From NCBI GenBank assembly GCA_964579635.1, contig CAZOFV010000001.1, positions 5,622-69,621 on the forward strand: a stretch of 64,000 nucleotides of DNA. The letters run 5' to 3'. The translations under genes and the position numbers were made by a program. The DNA is from an uncultured Candidatus Saccharibacteria bacterium (GTDB lineage Bacteria; Patescibacteriota; Minisyncoccia; Phycocordibacterales; VMEP01). A model generated the notes under the pieces. It was not told the DNA's origin. It saw only the letters and a program-made list of their open reading frames with translations, and did not search any database. This document shows positions 10,203 to 20,348 of this stretch, in pieces (positions within the stretch are counted from its first letter, which is position 1; each line of letters opens with the position of its first letter).

Positions 10203-10523
10203 GATAGTCCTCCTCTGTAAAAAAACGATTAAAAAGAATAGTTAAACCTGTTTATATTATTAGCATATCTTAAACAAAAAGTCAAGCTATCCGTAATATC
10301 CCCATACCTTGGAATCACTTACTAATTGTGTGTGTTTTGTATTAACAAGCCAAAAATACCATTAAAAAACATTGCGCAGTGCGACGGCACGAGAATAGTA
10401 AATTTTCAGCAGAAAATTATACGTGTTTTTTTGTGGTATTTTAAAAAAAGATATGCGTGTTTTCAGAAACAAAAGCTAAAATACCCCTTTGGAATAAGCT
10501 GAAAATAAAGTATTATTTGATGA

Positions 10524-12224
10524 ATGCAAGAATTTGATGACAAAAAACAAGATGACCGTTTATCTTTTTTAAGAAAAAGAGAAGAGGAAGATCTTATAAA
10601 AATATTATCTGACAAATACGGAATACCTTATATAGACCTCTCTACTGTTTCAATTGAAGGTGATGCTCTTAAAATAATTTCTGAAGAAAAAGCTCGAGCT
10701 GCTGAAATTGCTCCATTCCAACTAATAAACAAAAGGGCTTTTATTGCTGTTCGCTCCCCTGACCGCAATGACACCAAAATAGCCTTGGCGGAAATATCTT
10801 CAAAGGGGTACACTCCAAATTTATTTATCACCTCTACCGCAAGCTTAGAGAGAGTTTGGGCTCGTTATAAAGAAGTTTCTTTTGCTTCTGAATCAAAATC
10901 GGGACTTCTTGATGTTTCCGCTGAATTTCTAAATGAAGCGTTTGAAAAAATAAAAACAATTCCCGACATAACCAATATGGTTAATGATGTCTTAGGCAAA
11001 ACTGGAGGACATAAAATATCAGTAATGTTAGAAATTCTTTTGGCTGGGTCAGTTGCTGTTGGTGCTTCTGATATTCACATAGAACCAGAAGACGGGAGTG
11101 TTCATATTAGAGCGCGTCTTGATGGTGTTCTTGAAAACCTCCTCACTATAAATTACGAAACTTATAAACTTCTTTCTTCTAGAATAAAACTACTCTCTGG
11201 CTTAAAACTTAACGTTATCGCATCCGCCCAAGATGGACGCTTTAGTATTAAACTAAACGAAAAAGAAATAGAGATTCGTTCCTCTGTTATCCCTGGTGCA
11301 TATGGCGAATCTTTTGTTATGCGTGTTTTAAATCCAGAAAGTATCGCTGTTCCATTTGAAGATCTTGGTGTAAACAAACGACTTTTTGAAATTATAGAAA
11401 AAGAATTAAAACGTCCTAATGGAATTATTTTAACCACCGGACCAACTGGTTCTGGTAAAACAACAACCCTATATGCCTTTTTAAGAAAAATTTACTCCCC
11501 TGGAAGTAAGGTGATTACAATCGAAGACCCAATTGAATATCACTTAGAAGGAATCACTCAAACACAAACAAACGAAGAAAAAGGCTACACCTTTTTGGAG
11601 GGACTAAGATCCGCATTACGCCAAGACCCGGATGTAATAATGGTTGGTGAAATCCGCGACACAGAAACAGCAAAAATTTCTATAAACTCAGCTTTAACTG
11701 GACACTTAGTTTTTTCAACCCTACACACCAATACGGCGGCTGGTACAATCCCCCGTTTAATAGACCTTGGAGTTGATGCAAAAATAATAAGCTCAGCTCT
11801 TAACATCTCCCTTGCTCAACGTCTTGCAAGAAAACTTTGTAACTATTGCAAAAAAGAAGCTCCTGCTAACGACGAGGAAAAAAGGATTTTAAATACAGTT
11901 ATTGAACGTATTAAGTCTGAAGGAAAAGAATACGCCCTAACTTCAATAGAATCTTTACTTCCTATTTCAAACCTCTTCCAAGCAGTTGGTTGTGAAAAAT
12001 GTAACAACACTGGTTTTAAGGGGCGTGTTGGTATTTACGAAGCAATATTAACTGATGAAAATATAGAAAAAATTATTAACGAAAATCCAACTGAGCGAGA
12101 AATAAAAAAAGCGAGCTTGCCACAAAAAATTCTTGATTTACAACAAGACGCAACAATCAAAATCATTCAGGGAATAACATCTTTAGACGAAGTTGGTCGT
12201 GTTGTAGACATAGAAGAGGTTTAA
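10524..12224 (+). CDS. Type IV pilus assembly / T2SS ATPase (PilB/GspE family)
   Basis: ASDIHIEP, TGPTGSGKTTT, TIEDPIEY, LRQDPDVIMVGEIRD, GHLVFSTLHTN, CxxC...CxxC Zn motif. Confidence 0.93.
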   Translation: MQEFDDKKQDDRLSFLRKREEEDLIKILSDKYGIPYIDLSTVSIEGDALKIISEEKARAAEIAPFQLINKRAFIAVRSPDRNDTKIALAEISSKGYTPNLFITSTASLERVWARYKEVSFASESKSGLLDVSAEFLNEAFEKIKTIPDITNMVNDVLGKTGGHKISVMLEILLAGSVAVGASDIHIEPEDGSVHIRARLDGVLENLLTINYETYKLLSSRIKLLSGLKLNVIASAQDGRFSIKLNEKEIEIRSSVIPGAYGESFVMRVLNPESIAVPFEDLGVNKRLFEIIEKELKRPNGIILTTGPTGSGKTTTLYAFLRKIYSPGSKVITIEDPIEYHLEGITQTQTNEEKGYTFLEGLRSALRQDPDVIMVGEIRDTETAKISINSALTGHLVFSTLHTNTAAGTIPRLIDLGVDAKIISSALNISLAQRLARKLCNYCKKEAPANDEEKRILNTVIERIKSEGKEYALTSIESLLPISNLFQAVGCEKCNNTGFKGRVGIYEAILTDENIEKIINENPTEREIKKASLPQKILDLQQDATIKIIQGITSLDEVGRVVDIEEV

Positions 12225-12241
12225 ATAATATTTATAATTAA

Positions 12242-12279
12242 AAACAAAAAAACACCGAACCATCGGTGTTTTTTTGTTT
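12242..12279. terminator. Bidirectional terminator
   Basis: AAACAAAAAAACACCGA-ACCA-TCGGTGTTTTTTTGTTT. Confidence 0.8.
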
Positions 12280-12295
12280 AGACAAGAGTAAAAAC

Positions 12296-12429
12296 CTCTA
12301 AGTAATCCTTTCCACAAAAGCGGAAAGGGAGAAAGTATCTGCAAGGATAGTCTCAGCAAACACGCAAGCGTGCAACCAAAAACGTCCTCCAAACCTCTCC
12401 GGCAAGACACGGGGTCTCATTACTTAGAG
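12296..12429. ncRNA. Unassigned structured RNA candidate
   Basis: 11-bp closing stem CTCTAAGTAAT/ATTACTTAGAG enclosing hairpins CCTTTCC/GGAAAGG, TATCT-GCAA-GGATA and CACG/CGTG; GC-rich intergenic block. Confidence 0.45.
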
Positions 12430-12498
12430 ATTTCTGCCCTCATCTAGAAAAGTGCTATAATTAGCTACGTTCCAATAACCTATCATAGTTATTAAAAC

Positions 12499-13551
12499 AT
12501 GTCAATAGGAAAAAATACCAACACAAAAAACTCATCTAAACTAGGTGATACCGATAAAGAAGAAAAAGATGACTCCTTTTTAGACCAAACTCTTCGGCCA
12601 TCACGTTTTGACGAGTATATAGGACAAAAAAATATAAAAGAAAACTTAAGAATACTTCTAACGGCCGCAAAAGAGCGTAACCACCCACCAGAACATCTTC
12701 TTTTCTATGGACCACCAGGGCTTGGTAAGACAACCCTTGCTTATTTGATTGCTAAAGAAACCGGGTCACAAATTAAGGTAACTTCTGGTCCTGCAATTGA
12801 AAAAGTTGGTGATCTTGCTTCTATTCTCACTAACCTTCTACCTGGAGACATTCTTTTCATCGACGAGATTCACCGTCTAAATAAAACAATTGAGGAAGTT
12901 CTCTATCCTGCTATGGAGTCTGGCTCGCTTGATATTATTATCGGTAAAGGTCCTTCTGCTCGCACAATCCAACTTGAACTCCCCGCTTTCACTTTAGTCG
13001 CAGCAACGACGCGCATTGCTTTATTATCAGCGCCACTTCGTTCTCGTTTTTCTGGAGGAACATTTCGTCTCGAATTTTATACAGAAGATGAAATTAAAAA
13101 AATTATTGATCGCTCAGCAAAAATACTTGGGGCAGAGCTTGTCGAAGAAGCTTCCCGAGCAATTGCAAAAAGAAGTCGTTTTACCCCACGCATGGCAAAC
13201 TATCTTCTAAAACGTTGTCGTGATTTTGCTCAGGTTCATAAAAAATCTCTTTCTCATGAAATTGTTGGCGAAGCACTAAGGCTTTTAGGAGTAGACGAGC
13301 TCGGACTTTCGCTCTCTGACCGCCAAATACTGTCAGTAATTATTGATAAGTTCAGAGGTGGCCCCGTTGGTTTAGGGACAATTGCTGCGGCAACTGGCGA
13401 AGAAGAAGCAACGATTGAAGAAGTTGTTGAACCGTATTTAATTCAGCTGGGGCTTCTTGAGCGTACCACAAGAGGTCGCGTAGCAACGCCCCGTGCCTAC
13501 GAACATCTTGGTTTTAAAATGCCGTCGGATATACAAGAAAAACTTATTTAA
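12499..13551 (+). CDS. ruvB: Holliday junction branch migration helicase RuvB
   Basis: [48 protein letters not shown]. Confidence 0.97.
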   Translation: MSIGKNTNTKNSSKLGDTDKEEKDDSFLDQTLRPSRFDEYIGQKNIKENLRILLTAAKERNHPPEHLLFYGPPGLGKTTLAYLIAKETGSQIKVTSGPAIEKVGDLASILTNLLPGDILFIDEIHRLNKTIEEVLYPAMESGSLDIIIGKGPSARTIQLELPAFTLVAATTRIALLSAPLRSRFSGGTFRLEFYTEDEIKKIIDRSAKILGAELVEEASRAIAKRSRFTPRMANYLLKRCRDFAQVHKKSLSHEIVGEALRLLGVDELGLSLSDRQILSVIIDKFRGGPVGLGTIAAATGEEEATIEEVVEPYLIQLGLLERTTRGRVATPRAYEHLGFKMPSDIQEKLI

Positions 13552-13566
13552 ATTAATCAAAAAAAT

Positions 13567-14097
13567 ATGTCAGGTCATTCAAAGTGGTCCCAAATAAAAA
13601 GACAAAAAGGTAGTGAAGATGCAAAGCGCAGTAAGGTTTTTGCAAAACTTGCTCGTGCAATATCGCAAGAATCAAAAAGAGTTAAAGGAGATATTAGTTC
13701 CCCTACTCTTCGTGTGATGATTGAAAAAGCAAAAAAAGAAAACATGCCAAAAGATACTATTGAGCGCGCTGTTAAAAAAGGAACGAGCGCCGACATGGGA
13801 GAATTATTTGAGGTTATGTATGAAGCATACGGACCAGGTGGTTCAGCAATACTTATTGAAGGATTAACTGATAGTAAAAACAGGAGTGCTGCTGAAATTA
13901 AACATTTACTTTCCCTACATGACGCGTCGTTTGCCTCACAAGGAGCAGCTGCTTGGGCTTTTAAAAAAGAGGGTGAGGAGTGGATTCCACAAACAACCGT
14001 TCCTCTTTCAGACGAAGACGGAAATAAACTTTCTGTTTTAATTGAGGAGTTAGAAGAAAGAGATGATGTTCAAGGTGTTTATACAAACGGAAACTAA
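13567..14097 (+). CDS. yebC: YebC/PmpR-family protein (short form)
   Basis: MSGHSKWSQIKRQK, YEAYGPGG, DDVQGVYTN; 176 aa. Confidence 0.93.
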   Translation: MSGHSKWSQIKRQKGSEDAKRSKVFAKLARAISQESKRVKGDISSPTLRVMIEKAKKENMPKDTIERAVKKGTSADMGELFEVMYEAYGPGGSAILIEGLTDSKNRSAAEIKHLLSLHDASFASQGAAAWAFKKEGEEWIPQTTVPLSDEDGNKLSVLIEELEERDDVQGVYTNGN

Positions 14098-14109
14098 TAT
14101 TATTTAGAT

Positions 14110-14586
14110 ATGCGCATTCTCGCAATCGACCCAGGACTTGAAAGAGTTGGGGTTGCAATACTAGACAAAGAACGTGGAGCAAAAGAAACTCTTATTTTTT
14201 CAGAGTGTTTTAAAACGAAAGCTTCTTTGCCACTTTCAGAAAGATTAAACTTGATTGGTTTGCATATAAATAAAATTGTTTTGGAGTATGAACCGGAAAT
14301 CCTTGCTATTGAATCTCTTTTTTTTACAACCAATCAAAAAACAGCAATGGTGGTTTCTCAAGCGCGTGGAGTAATAATATACGAAGGAACAAAAAACGGT
14401 CTTCCTGTCCACGAATACACACCACTTCAAATAAAAGTTGCTGTAACTGGTTATGGTAAGGCCACAAAAACACAGGTTAATTCAATGGTTCAAAAACTGA
14501 TAAATATACCTAAAAAAATAACCTCCGACGATGAAATGGACGCTGTGGCTATAGGGCTAACCTGCTTTGCCCACATAAGAAACTAG
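14110..14586 (+). CDS. ruvC: Holliday junction resolvase RuvC
   Basis: ILAIDPG, AIESLFF, EYTPLQIK.AVTGYG.A.K, DDEMDAVAIG. Confidence 0.95.
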   Translation: MRILAIDPGLERVGVAILDKERGAKETLIFSECFKTKASLPLSERLNLIGLHINKIVLEYEPEILAIESLFFTTNQKTAMVVSQARGVIIYEGTKNGLPVHEYTPLQIKVAVTGYGKATKTQVNSMVQKLINIPKKITSDDEMDAVAIGLTCFAHIRN

Positions 14587-14774
14587 CTTTATTTAAGGCA
14601 TTTATCCACACTTTTTACCTAAAAACATTGCGCTTTTTTTTGTTTTTGATACAACAGTGGAAGTTAGGAGTTTAAATATAAAAAATATTGTTTAATAAAC
14701 AAGGAACTACTTACTGTTAGTAGACCAAGTTTGGCCTAAGTTTGTATTTATAAATTAAGTTTTTAAATTATCTT

Positions 14775-14933
14775 ATGGACGACGAAATGGACATAAAAGA
14801 ACCAATATCTGAAGATGCTTTGGATGGTATCTTAGGTGACGATCTCTTAGGAGACGATGGTTTACCAGACGACCTAGATGCTGACGATCTTGGAAGTGCT
14901 CCCGTTGAGGAAGACGACGAGAATGTTTGGTAG
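14775..14933 (+). CDS. Small hyper-acidic protein (52 aa), not in ORF track
   Basis: Manual translation MDDEMDIKEPISEDALDGILGDDLLGDDGLPDDLDADDLGSAPVEEDDENVW; 22 D/E, one K; followed directly by a terminator. Confidence 0.7.
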   Translation: MDDEMDIKEPISEDALDGILGDDLLGDDGLPDDLDADDLGSAPVEEDDENVW

Positions 14934-14964
14934 AAAAAAGCGGGACATAATGTCCCGCTTTTTT
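14934..14964. terminator. Bidirectional terminator
   Basis: AAAAAAGCGGGAC-ATAAT-GTCCCGCTTTTTT between convergent genes. Confidence 0.85.
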
Positions 14965-16161
14965 CTATTTAACTTTAATTTTTACAAACCTTCTCTTCCC
15001 CACACGAATGGTTATTGGATTGGAAATTTTAAAATATGGGTCATTTATTTTTTCTTCCGTGTCCATATTTAAAACTGCAGACTCTAAAACAAGCCTCTTC
15101 CATTCATTCTTAGAAGAAATAATTTTTTCTTCTAGTAAAACATCCGCCAAAAGCTGACCTTTATTTACAAGAACAGAGACAACATCTTCTGAAACTCCAC
15201 CTTTTTGAAAAGTTTTAATAAAATTATCTTCTGCCTCTTTTGCTTTTTTATCTCCATGATAAAGAGAAACTATTTCTCTTCCAAGTCTCATTTTTGAATC
15301 TCTTGGATTTTCACCGCTATCAATCGATTTTTTAATACCAGCTATTTCTTCACCAGAAAGCCTGGTGCAAAGAGTAAAATACTTCAAAATTAAATCATCT
15401 CGAATTGCCATAACCTTCCCGTACATATCGTTTGGTTCATCTAAAAGATTTATAACATTACCCCAAGAAGAAGACATTTTTCTTCCATCTGTTCCTTCCA
15501 ACATCTGGCAGTTCATTATATCTTGCTCTGTTTGACCGTAATGTTTCTGGATTATGCGTCCAGCCTTCAAGTTAAATAACTGATCAAAACCACCAAGCTC
15601 AACATCTGCTTTTATTGCAACAGAATCATATCCTTGCATAAGCGGGTAAAGAAACTCTCTTAATGAAATTTCTTCTCCTTTTTCAATACGATCAGCAAAA
15701 TTTCTACGATGTGACATTTGTTGCAACGAAAAACATTCTGCTAACTCAGCCACGTCGTTAAAATCTAATTTTTTAAGCCATTTTGAATTAAAATGAAACT
15801 CTGCCTTTCTTAAGTCTAAAATTTTCCCAACTTGAACTCGATAATTTTTTAAATTATCTTTTACTTTTTTTGCCGTGAGCATCGGTCTCTTTTCGAGTTT
15901 GTCTGATGGGTCTCCAACCAATGCCGTAAAATCTCCAACAATAAAAACAACCTTATGCCCAAGGTCTTGAAACTCTCTTAATTTCCATAAAACAATTGCC
16001 CTACCTATATGGAGAAATGGTGAAGTTGGGTCAAAACCAAGCTTTATTCTGAGTTGTTTTCCAGATCGAAGTTTTTTTTCTAACGATTCCCTAACAAAAA
16101 CCTCTTCAACTGCATGTGTTAGTAGGTGTTTGATTTTTTCTTCATCAGTGCTAACTTTCAT
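14965..16161 (-). CDS. tyrS: Tyrosine--tRNA ligase
   Basis: GFDPTSPFLHIG (HIGH-like), YPLMQGYDS, GGFDQLFN, KMSSS, C-terminal S4-like VGKRRF. Confidence 0.96.
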   Translation of the reverse strand: MKVSTDEEKIKHLLTHAVEEVFVRESLEKKLRSGKQLRIKLGFDPTSPFLHIGRAIVLWKLREFQDLGHKVVFIVGDFTALVGDPSDKLEKRPMLTAKKVKDNLKNYRVQVGKILDLRKAEFHFNSKWLKKLDFNDVAELAECFSLQQMSHRRNFADRIEKGEEISLREFLYPLMQGYDSVAIKADVELGGFDQLFNLKAGRIIQKHYGQTEQDIMNCQMLEGTDGRKMSSSWGNVINLLDEPNDMYGKVMAIRDDLILKYFTLCTRLSGEEIAGIKKSIDSGENPRDSKMRLGREIVSLYHGDKKAKEAEDNFIKTFQKGGVSEDVVSVLVNKGQLLADVLLEEKIISSKNEWKRLVLESAVLNMDTEEKINDPYFKISNPITIRVGKRRFVKIKVK

Positions 16162-16210
16162 ATCGAAAACTTTATCACAAAACCCTTTGTTTGTCTTACG
16201 GTAAAGAATT

Positions 16211-18754
16211 TTGCGTGGTATGCTTAATTTTATGAAAAGACTCTATCGTAGTTATAAAACAGCCCGTAAACACACCTTAAGAAGCCTTCTTATTGTGCTG
16301 TTTATTGTTGGTGGTTTGTTGTTTTTATGGCTTTCCCAATTTCGCCTTCCAGACTTTAATTCTTTCGAGGAAAGAAAGGTGTCTAATTCAACAAAAATAT
16401 ACGACCGAACTGGAAAAATTCTTTTATATGACGTTCACCAAGGAGTACGTAGAACATCCGTCCCTTGGGGTGAAATCAGTGTTTTTGCTAAAAATGCAAC
16501 AGTTGCAATTGAAGATTCCGAGTTTTATGAACACCATGGGATTAAACCAACAGCTATCCTAAGAGCGGTTTTAGTAAATATATTTTCTGGCAGTTATTCA
16601 CAAGGTGGCTCAACAATAACTCAACAAGTTGTGAAAAACGCCATCCTCACACCAGACAAAAGTATTTCTCGTAAAATAAAGGAGTGGGTTTTGTCTTTAA
16701 AACTAGAAAACGCTATGAGTAAGGAGGATATTCTTTCAATTTATTTGAACGAGGCTCCTTATGGTGGAAATATTTACGGCATTGAAGAAGCAAGTAAACT
16801 ATACTTCGGAGTAAGTGCAAAAGATTTAACCTTGGCTCAATCGGCGTACCTTGCAGCTCTTCCACAAGCTCCAACATTTTATTCCCCATACGGAAACAAT
16901 AAGGAAAGATTAGAAAATAGAAAAAATTATGTCCTAAAAAGAATGCTTGATTTAGGTTTTATTAAACAAGAAGAGTATGACAATGCAAAAAACGAAAGTG
17001 TTACTTTTCTACCAAATACGGGTAACAACGCAAAAGCAATGCATTTTGTTTTTTTCATCAGAGAATATTTAGAGCAAAAATACGGACTTGATGCGCTAGA
17101 ATCTGGCGGTTTAAAAATAACAACAACCCTTGATTACGACCTACAAAGCAAAGCTGAAGAAATCGTTAAAAAAACAGCTCTTGTTAATGAAAAAAGTTTC
17201 AACGCAACAAACGCAAGCTTAGTAGCAATTGATCCAAAAACAGGGCAAATCCTTGTTATGGTTGGGTCTCGTGATTATTTCGATAAAGAAATAGATGGGA
17301 ATTTTAATATTGCTATTGCAGAAAGACAGCCTGGTTCTTCATTTAAGCCTTTTGTTTATGCTACAGCATTTATGAAAGGTTACACCCCAGACACAGTTCT
17401 TTTTGACCTAAAAACTGAGTTTCAAACAACATGTACAGCAGACGGTAGACCTCTTCCTGGGACAAAAGCGGAAGATTGTTACCAACCAGAAAACTTTGAT
17501 GGTAAATATTTTGGACCAATGACTATCAGGGAGGCCCTTGCTCAATCAAGAAACATACCAGCTGTTAAAGCTGTTTATCTTGCTGGTGTACAAGATTCTA
17601 TAAACACGGCGAGAATTATGGGAATAAAAAGCCTAGCCAATGATTCTAGTAGGTATGGCCTTACTCTTGTTTTGGGTGGCGGTGAAGTTTCTTTGCTTGA
17701 TATGACTAGTGGTTATTCTGTTTTTGCAAATGGTGGTGTTAGAAACCCATACCAAAGTATTCTAAAAATAGAAGATGTGGAAGGTAAGATACTTGAGGAG
17801 TTTAAAGAAAACGGTAGTGCTGTGATACCAAAAGATATTGCGCTTCAAATATCAGATATTTTATCAGACAACAAAGCTCGAGCTCCAGAGTTTGGGGAAC
17901 ATTCTGCTTTATATGTAGAAGGACATGGTGACGTAGCGTCCAAAACGGGTACTACAAACGATTACCGTGATGCTTGGATACTCGGATATACTCCATCGCT
18001 TGCCGTTGGAGCATGGGCTGGAAACAACGACAATAGCCCTATGCAAAAAAAGATTGCTGGTTTTATTGTCGCACCAATGTGGCATGAGTTTATGATGTAT
18101 GCTCTTGCCTCTTCAACTCCAGAAAGATTTGAGAAACCAAAACCAGTTGACCCTTCTTTAAAACCAACCTTGCGTGGGGTTTGGCAAGGTGGTGAAGTTT
18201 TTGTAATTGATAAAATTTCTGGGAAACTAGCGACCCAATACACACCAAATGAAACAAAAGAAGAACGAGTTATAAAAGACATTCATTCTATTCTTTATTG
18301 GGTTTCAAAAAACGACCCTAAAGGAGAATCTCCAAAAAACCCAGAAAACGATCCTCAGTTTAGACTTTGGGAACCACCAATTTTAAAATGGGCTGAAAAA
18401 AACCCTACGTTAGTTACAGGTTATGACATATCCTCAATTCCAAAAGAATACGATAATGTTCATATTCCTGAGAATATGCCTGTTGTTGAAATAATAGAGC
18501 CATCTATATCAAAAATATATAAAGCTGGTGAAAAAATAAAACCAGAAATACGAGTTTCTTCCAAGTATAATATTACTAGGGTAGATTATTTCCTAAACAA
18601 CTCTTTCCTTGGCACATCTTCAAGTATTTTTAATTTCTCTTTTACCCCACAGCAATCTGATTTAAACTCAGGAAGTAACACATTTAAAGTTGTTGTTTAC
18701 GATTCTGTTTTTAATAAAACAACAAAATCATTAGATTTTAATATTAACCTCTAG
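16211..18754 (+). CDS. Class A penicillin-binding protein (PBP1A family) with C-terminal Ig-like domain
   Basis: Transglycosylase EDSEFYEHHG, GGSTITQQVVKN, RKIKE; transpeptidase SSFK, SRN, KTG. Start could be ATG 16220 or 16232. Confidence 0.93.
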   Translation: MRGMLNFMKRLYRSYKTARKHTLRSLLIVLFIVGGLLFLWLSQFRLPDFNSFEERKVSNSTKIYDRTGKILLYDVHQGVRRTSVPWGEISVFAKNATVAIEDSEFYEHHGIKPTAILRAVLVNIFSGSYSQGGSTITQQVVKNAILTPDKSISRKIKEWVLSLKLENAMSKEDILSIYLNEAPYGGNIYGIEEASKLYFGVSAKDLTLAQSAYLAALPQAPTFYSPYGNNKERLENRKNYVLKRMLDLGFIKQEEYDNAKNESVTFLPNTGNNAKAMHFVFFIREYLEQKYGLDALESGGLKITTTLDYDLQSKAEEIVKKTALVNEKSFNATNASLVAIDPKTGQILVMVGSRDYFDKEIDGNFNIAIAERQPGSSFKPFVYATAFMKGYTPDTVLFDLKTEFQTTCTADGRPLPGTKAEDCYQPENFDGKYFGPMTIREALAQSRNIPAVKAVYLAGVQDSINTARIMGIKSLANDSSRYGLTLVLGGGEVSLLDMTSGYSVFANGGVRNPYQSILKIEDVEGKILEEFKENGSAVIPKDIALQISDILSDNKARAPEFGEHSALYVEGHGDVASKTGTTNDYRDAWILGYTPSLAVGAWAGNNDNSPMQKKIAGFIVAPMWHEFMMYALASSTPERFEKPKPVDPSLKPTLRGVWQGGEVFVIDKISGKLATQYTPNETKEERVIKDIHSILYWVSKNDPKGESPKNPENDPQFRLWEPPILKWAEKNPTLVTGYDISSIPKEYDNVHIPENMPVVEIIEPSISKIYKAGEKIKPEIRVSSKYNITRVDYFLNNSFLGTSSSIFNFSFTPQQSDLNSGSNTFKVVVYDSVFNKTTKSLDFNINL

Positions 18755-19014
18755 TTAATATCTTTAATTGAATCTGACCCAAGTTCTTTTTGTATTAATT
18801 CAAGTATTTTTATTTTTTTTATATAAATACTATTTTTCTCTTTTGAATTACAAGTAATAGTTATTATTTTTTTGTTTATTTTTATATTTTTTCTATCTAA
18901 AACAATATTGGTTTCTTTTTTTATAATACTAATTATTAAATCAATAATAATTTCTTTTTCTAAGATAGTTTTTTTTATTTTATCAAAAAATGAACCAAGG
19001 TTATTTAAATTCAT
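18751..19014 (-). CDS. Small basic protein downstream of dnaN, possibly DciA/DUF721-like
   Basis: Directly follows dnaN; I.I....ITI.CNS..KN.IY.KK..IL pattern ending IKDIN is reminiscent of DciA. Confidence 0.5.
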   Translation of the reverse strand: MNLNNLGSFFDKIKKTILEKEIIIDLIISIIKKETNIVLDRKNIKINKKIITITCNSKEKNSIYIKKIKILELIQKELGSDSIKDIN

Positions 19015-19015
19015 T

Positions 19016-20116
19016 TTATCTATTCATTGGCATTACAAGGTAGAGGAAGGAGCTATCTGAAACATTTTTAATAATTAACGGTTTAGAATTACCATTAAAC
19101 TGTAAAACTAAACTATCTTGAGTAATAGACTGAAAACAATCAAAGATATATCGATAATTAAAACTAACCTCTACATCTTCCCCTGAAATAGCTGCTTCAA
19201 TATTGGTGTTTGTTTCACCAACATCTTGGTTTTTTGTTTTTATTTTTAATTGCTTTGTTTTTGGAGATACTAAAAATGTAATTTGGTTAAATTTATCAAG
19301 AAAAGTGTTACTTAATTTAAAAGCATTAATGATATCTTGTTTTAAAACAACAACTTCTGTTTTTTTCTCTTTAGGGATTATTTGTTGATAGTCAGGGAAA
19401 ATTCCGTCTATTAATCTTGATGTTATATAAACCCCATCAAAAGAAATGGATATTTGGTTTTTTGTTGTTTTAATCGAGAGTAGACCATCTGTGTTTTCAG
19501 TAATCTTTATAATTTCTACAATATTTTTAAAAGGAATAATAATTCCATTAAAATCATTAATGGTTTTTGTTTTTATTTTTTTCTCAGCTAAACGAAATGA
19601 GTCTGTGGCAACAAAAACTAATTCATTATTATTTTGATAAATATAAACACTAGCTATTTCTGGTTTTATTTCTGTTGCCGCAGCGCTGTAAAAAACTGAT
19701 TTTACCCCTTGGTTAAAAATTTTTGACTCTATTTCAAAAGAATTTCCCGTAGAAATTGATGGAATTGTTGGAAAATCATTATATGGGTAACATTTTATTA
19801 TTGTTTTATTATTGTTTGTTGTAACTACTATATTTTCATTTACTTCTTCTAAAACAACATTTTTCTCATTTTGAATACCAGATAAAAAATTATTTAAAAC
19901 ACTACCTTTAATAGCTAATATTCCCTCTTTCTCTATTTTTGCTGGTATTTCTATTTCTACACCTAAATCAAGATTTGTTGATCTTATTTTTAAAGTTTTA
20001 CCATTCGCAATTAAAAGGACACAACTTAAAACATTTAGTGTTAAATTTTTACCAGTAATTTTTTCTGCAATTGAAATTGCATTTTTAATTTTTTCAACTA
20101 AGCATTCTATCTTCAT
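19016..20116 (-). CDS. dnaN: DNA polymerase III beta sliding clamp
   Basis: STNLDLGV, VATDSFRLA, SRLIDGIFPDYQQIIP, YLVMPM. Confidence 0.96.
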   Translation of the reverse strand: MKIECLVEKIKNAISIAEKITGKNLTLNVLSCVLLIANGKTLKIRSTNLDLGVEIEIPAKIEKEGILAIKGSVLNNFLSGIQNEKNVVLEEVNENIVVTTNNNKTIIKCYPYNDFPTIPSISTGNSFEIESKIFNQGVKSVFYSAAATEIKPEIASVYIYQNNNELVFVATDSFRLAEKKIKTKTINDFNGIIIPFKNIVEIIKITENTDGLLSIKTTKNQISISFDGVYITSRLIDGIFPDYQQIIPKEKKTEVVVLKQDIINAFKLSNTFLDKFNQITFLVSPKTKQLKIKTKNQDVGETNTNIEAAISGEDVEVSFNYRYIFDCFQSITQDSLVLQFNGNSKPLIIKNVSDSSFLYLVMPMNR

Positions 20117-20348
20117 AGTATTTATATAAAAGAATTATGATTATGATAATAGAACTGTTTATATGTGGATAAGTTTAAAAAAGATATATTTAATAAACTT
20201 ATTTTAATACCTTTAAATATATTTATATTGTTAATAAATAAATAATTAAAAATAACAACTTTCCGTTTTATTTTTAAAACACCTATTTTTATGTTTTTTA
20301 TTAACTTCATATTGTTTACTTATCAACAACTTTTCCTTAAGTTAAGAA
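20117..20348. other. Replication origin oriC (dnaA-dnaN intergenic)
   Basis: Very AT-rich; perfect DnaA box TGTGGATAA 20164-20172, near-boxes TGTTAATAA 20229-20237 and TTATCAACA 20320-20328; DnaA-trio-like TAT-TAT-CAT-AAT-CAT-AAT on the minus strand beside the perfect box. Confidence 0.85.

Noticed and set aside
8744-10245. Long plus-strand ORFs (269, 242, 145, 139 aa)
   Set aside because: Antisense shadows of GC-rich minus-strand lipoprotein genes that have lipoboxes, RBS and promoters.
12183-12410. 75-aa minus-strand ORF MSCRRGLEDV...
   Set aside because: Runs through a terminator and overlaps the PilB-like gene; better explained as non-coding structure.
20122-20310. 62-aa ORF between dnaA and dnaN
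   Set aside because: Low-complexity translation of AT-rich oriC.
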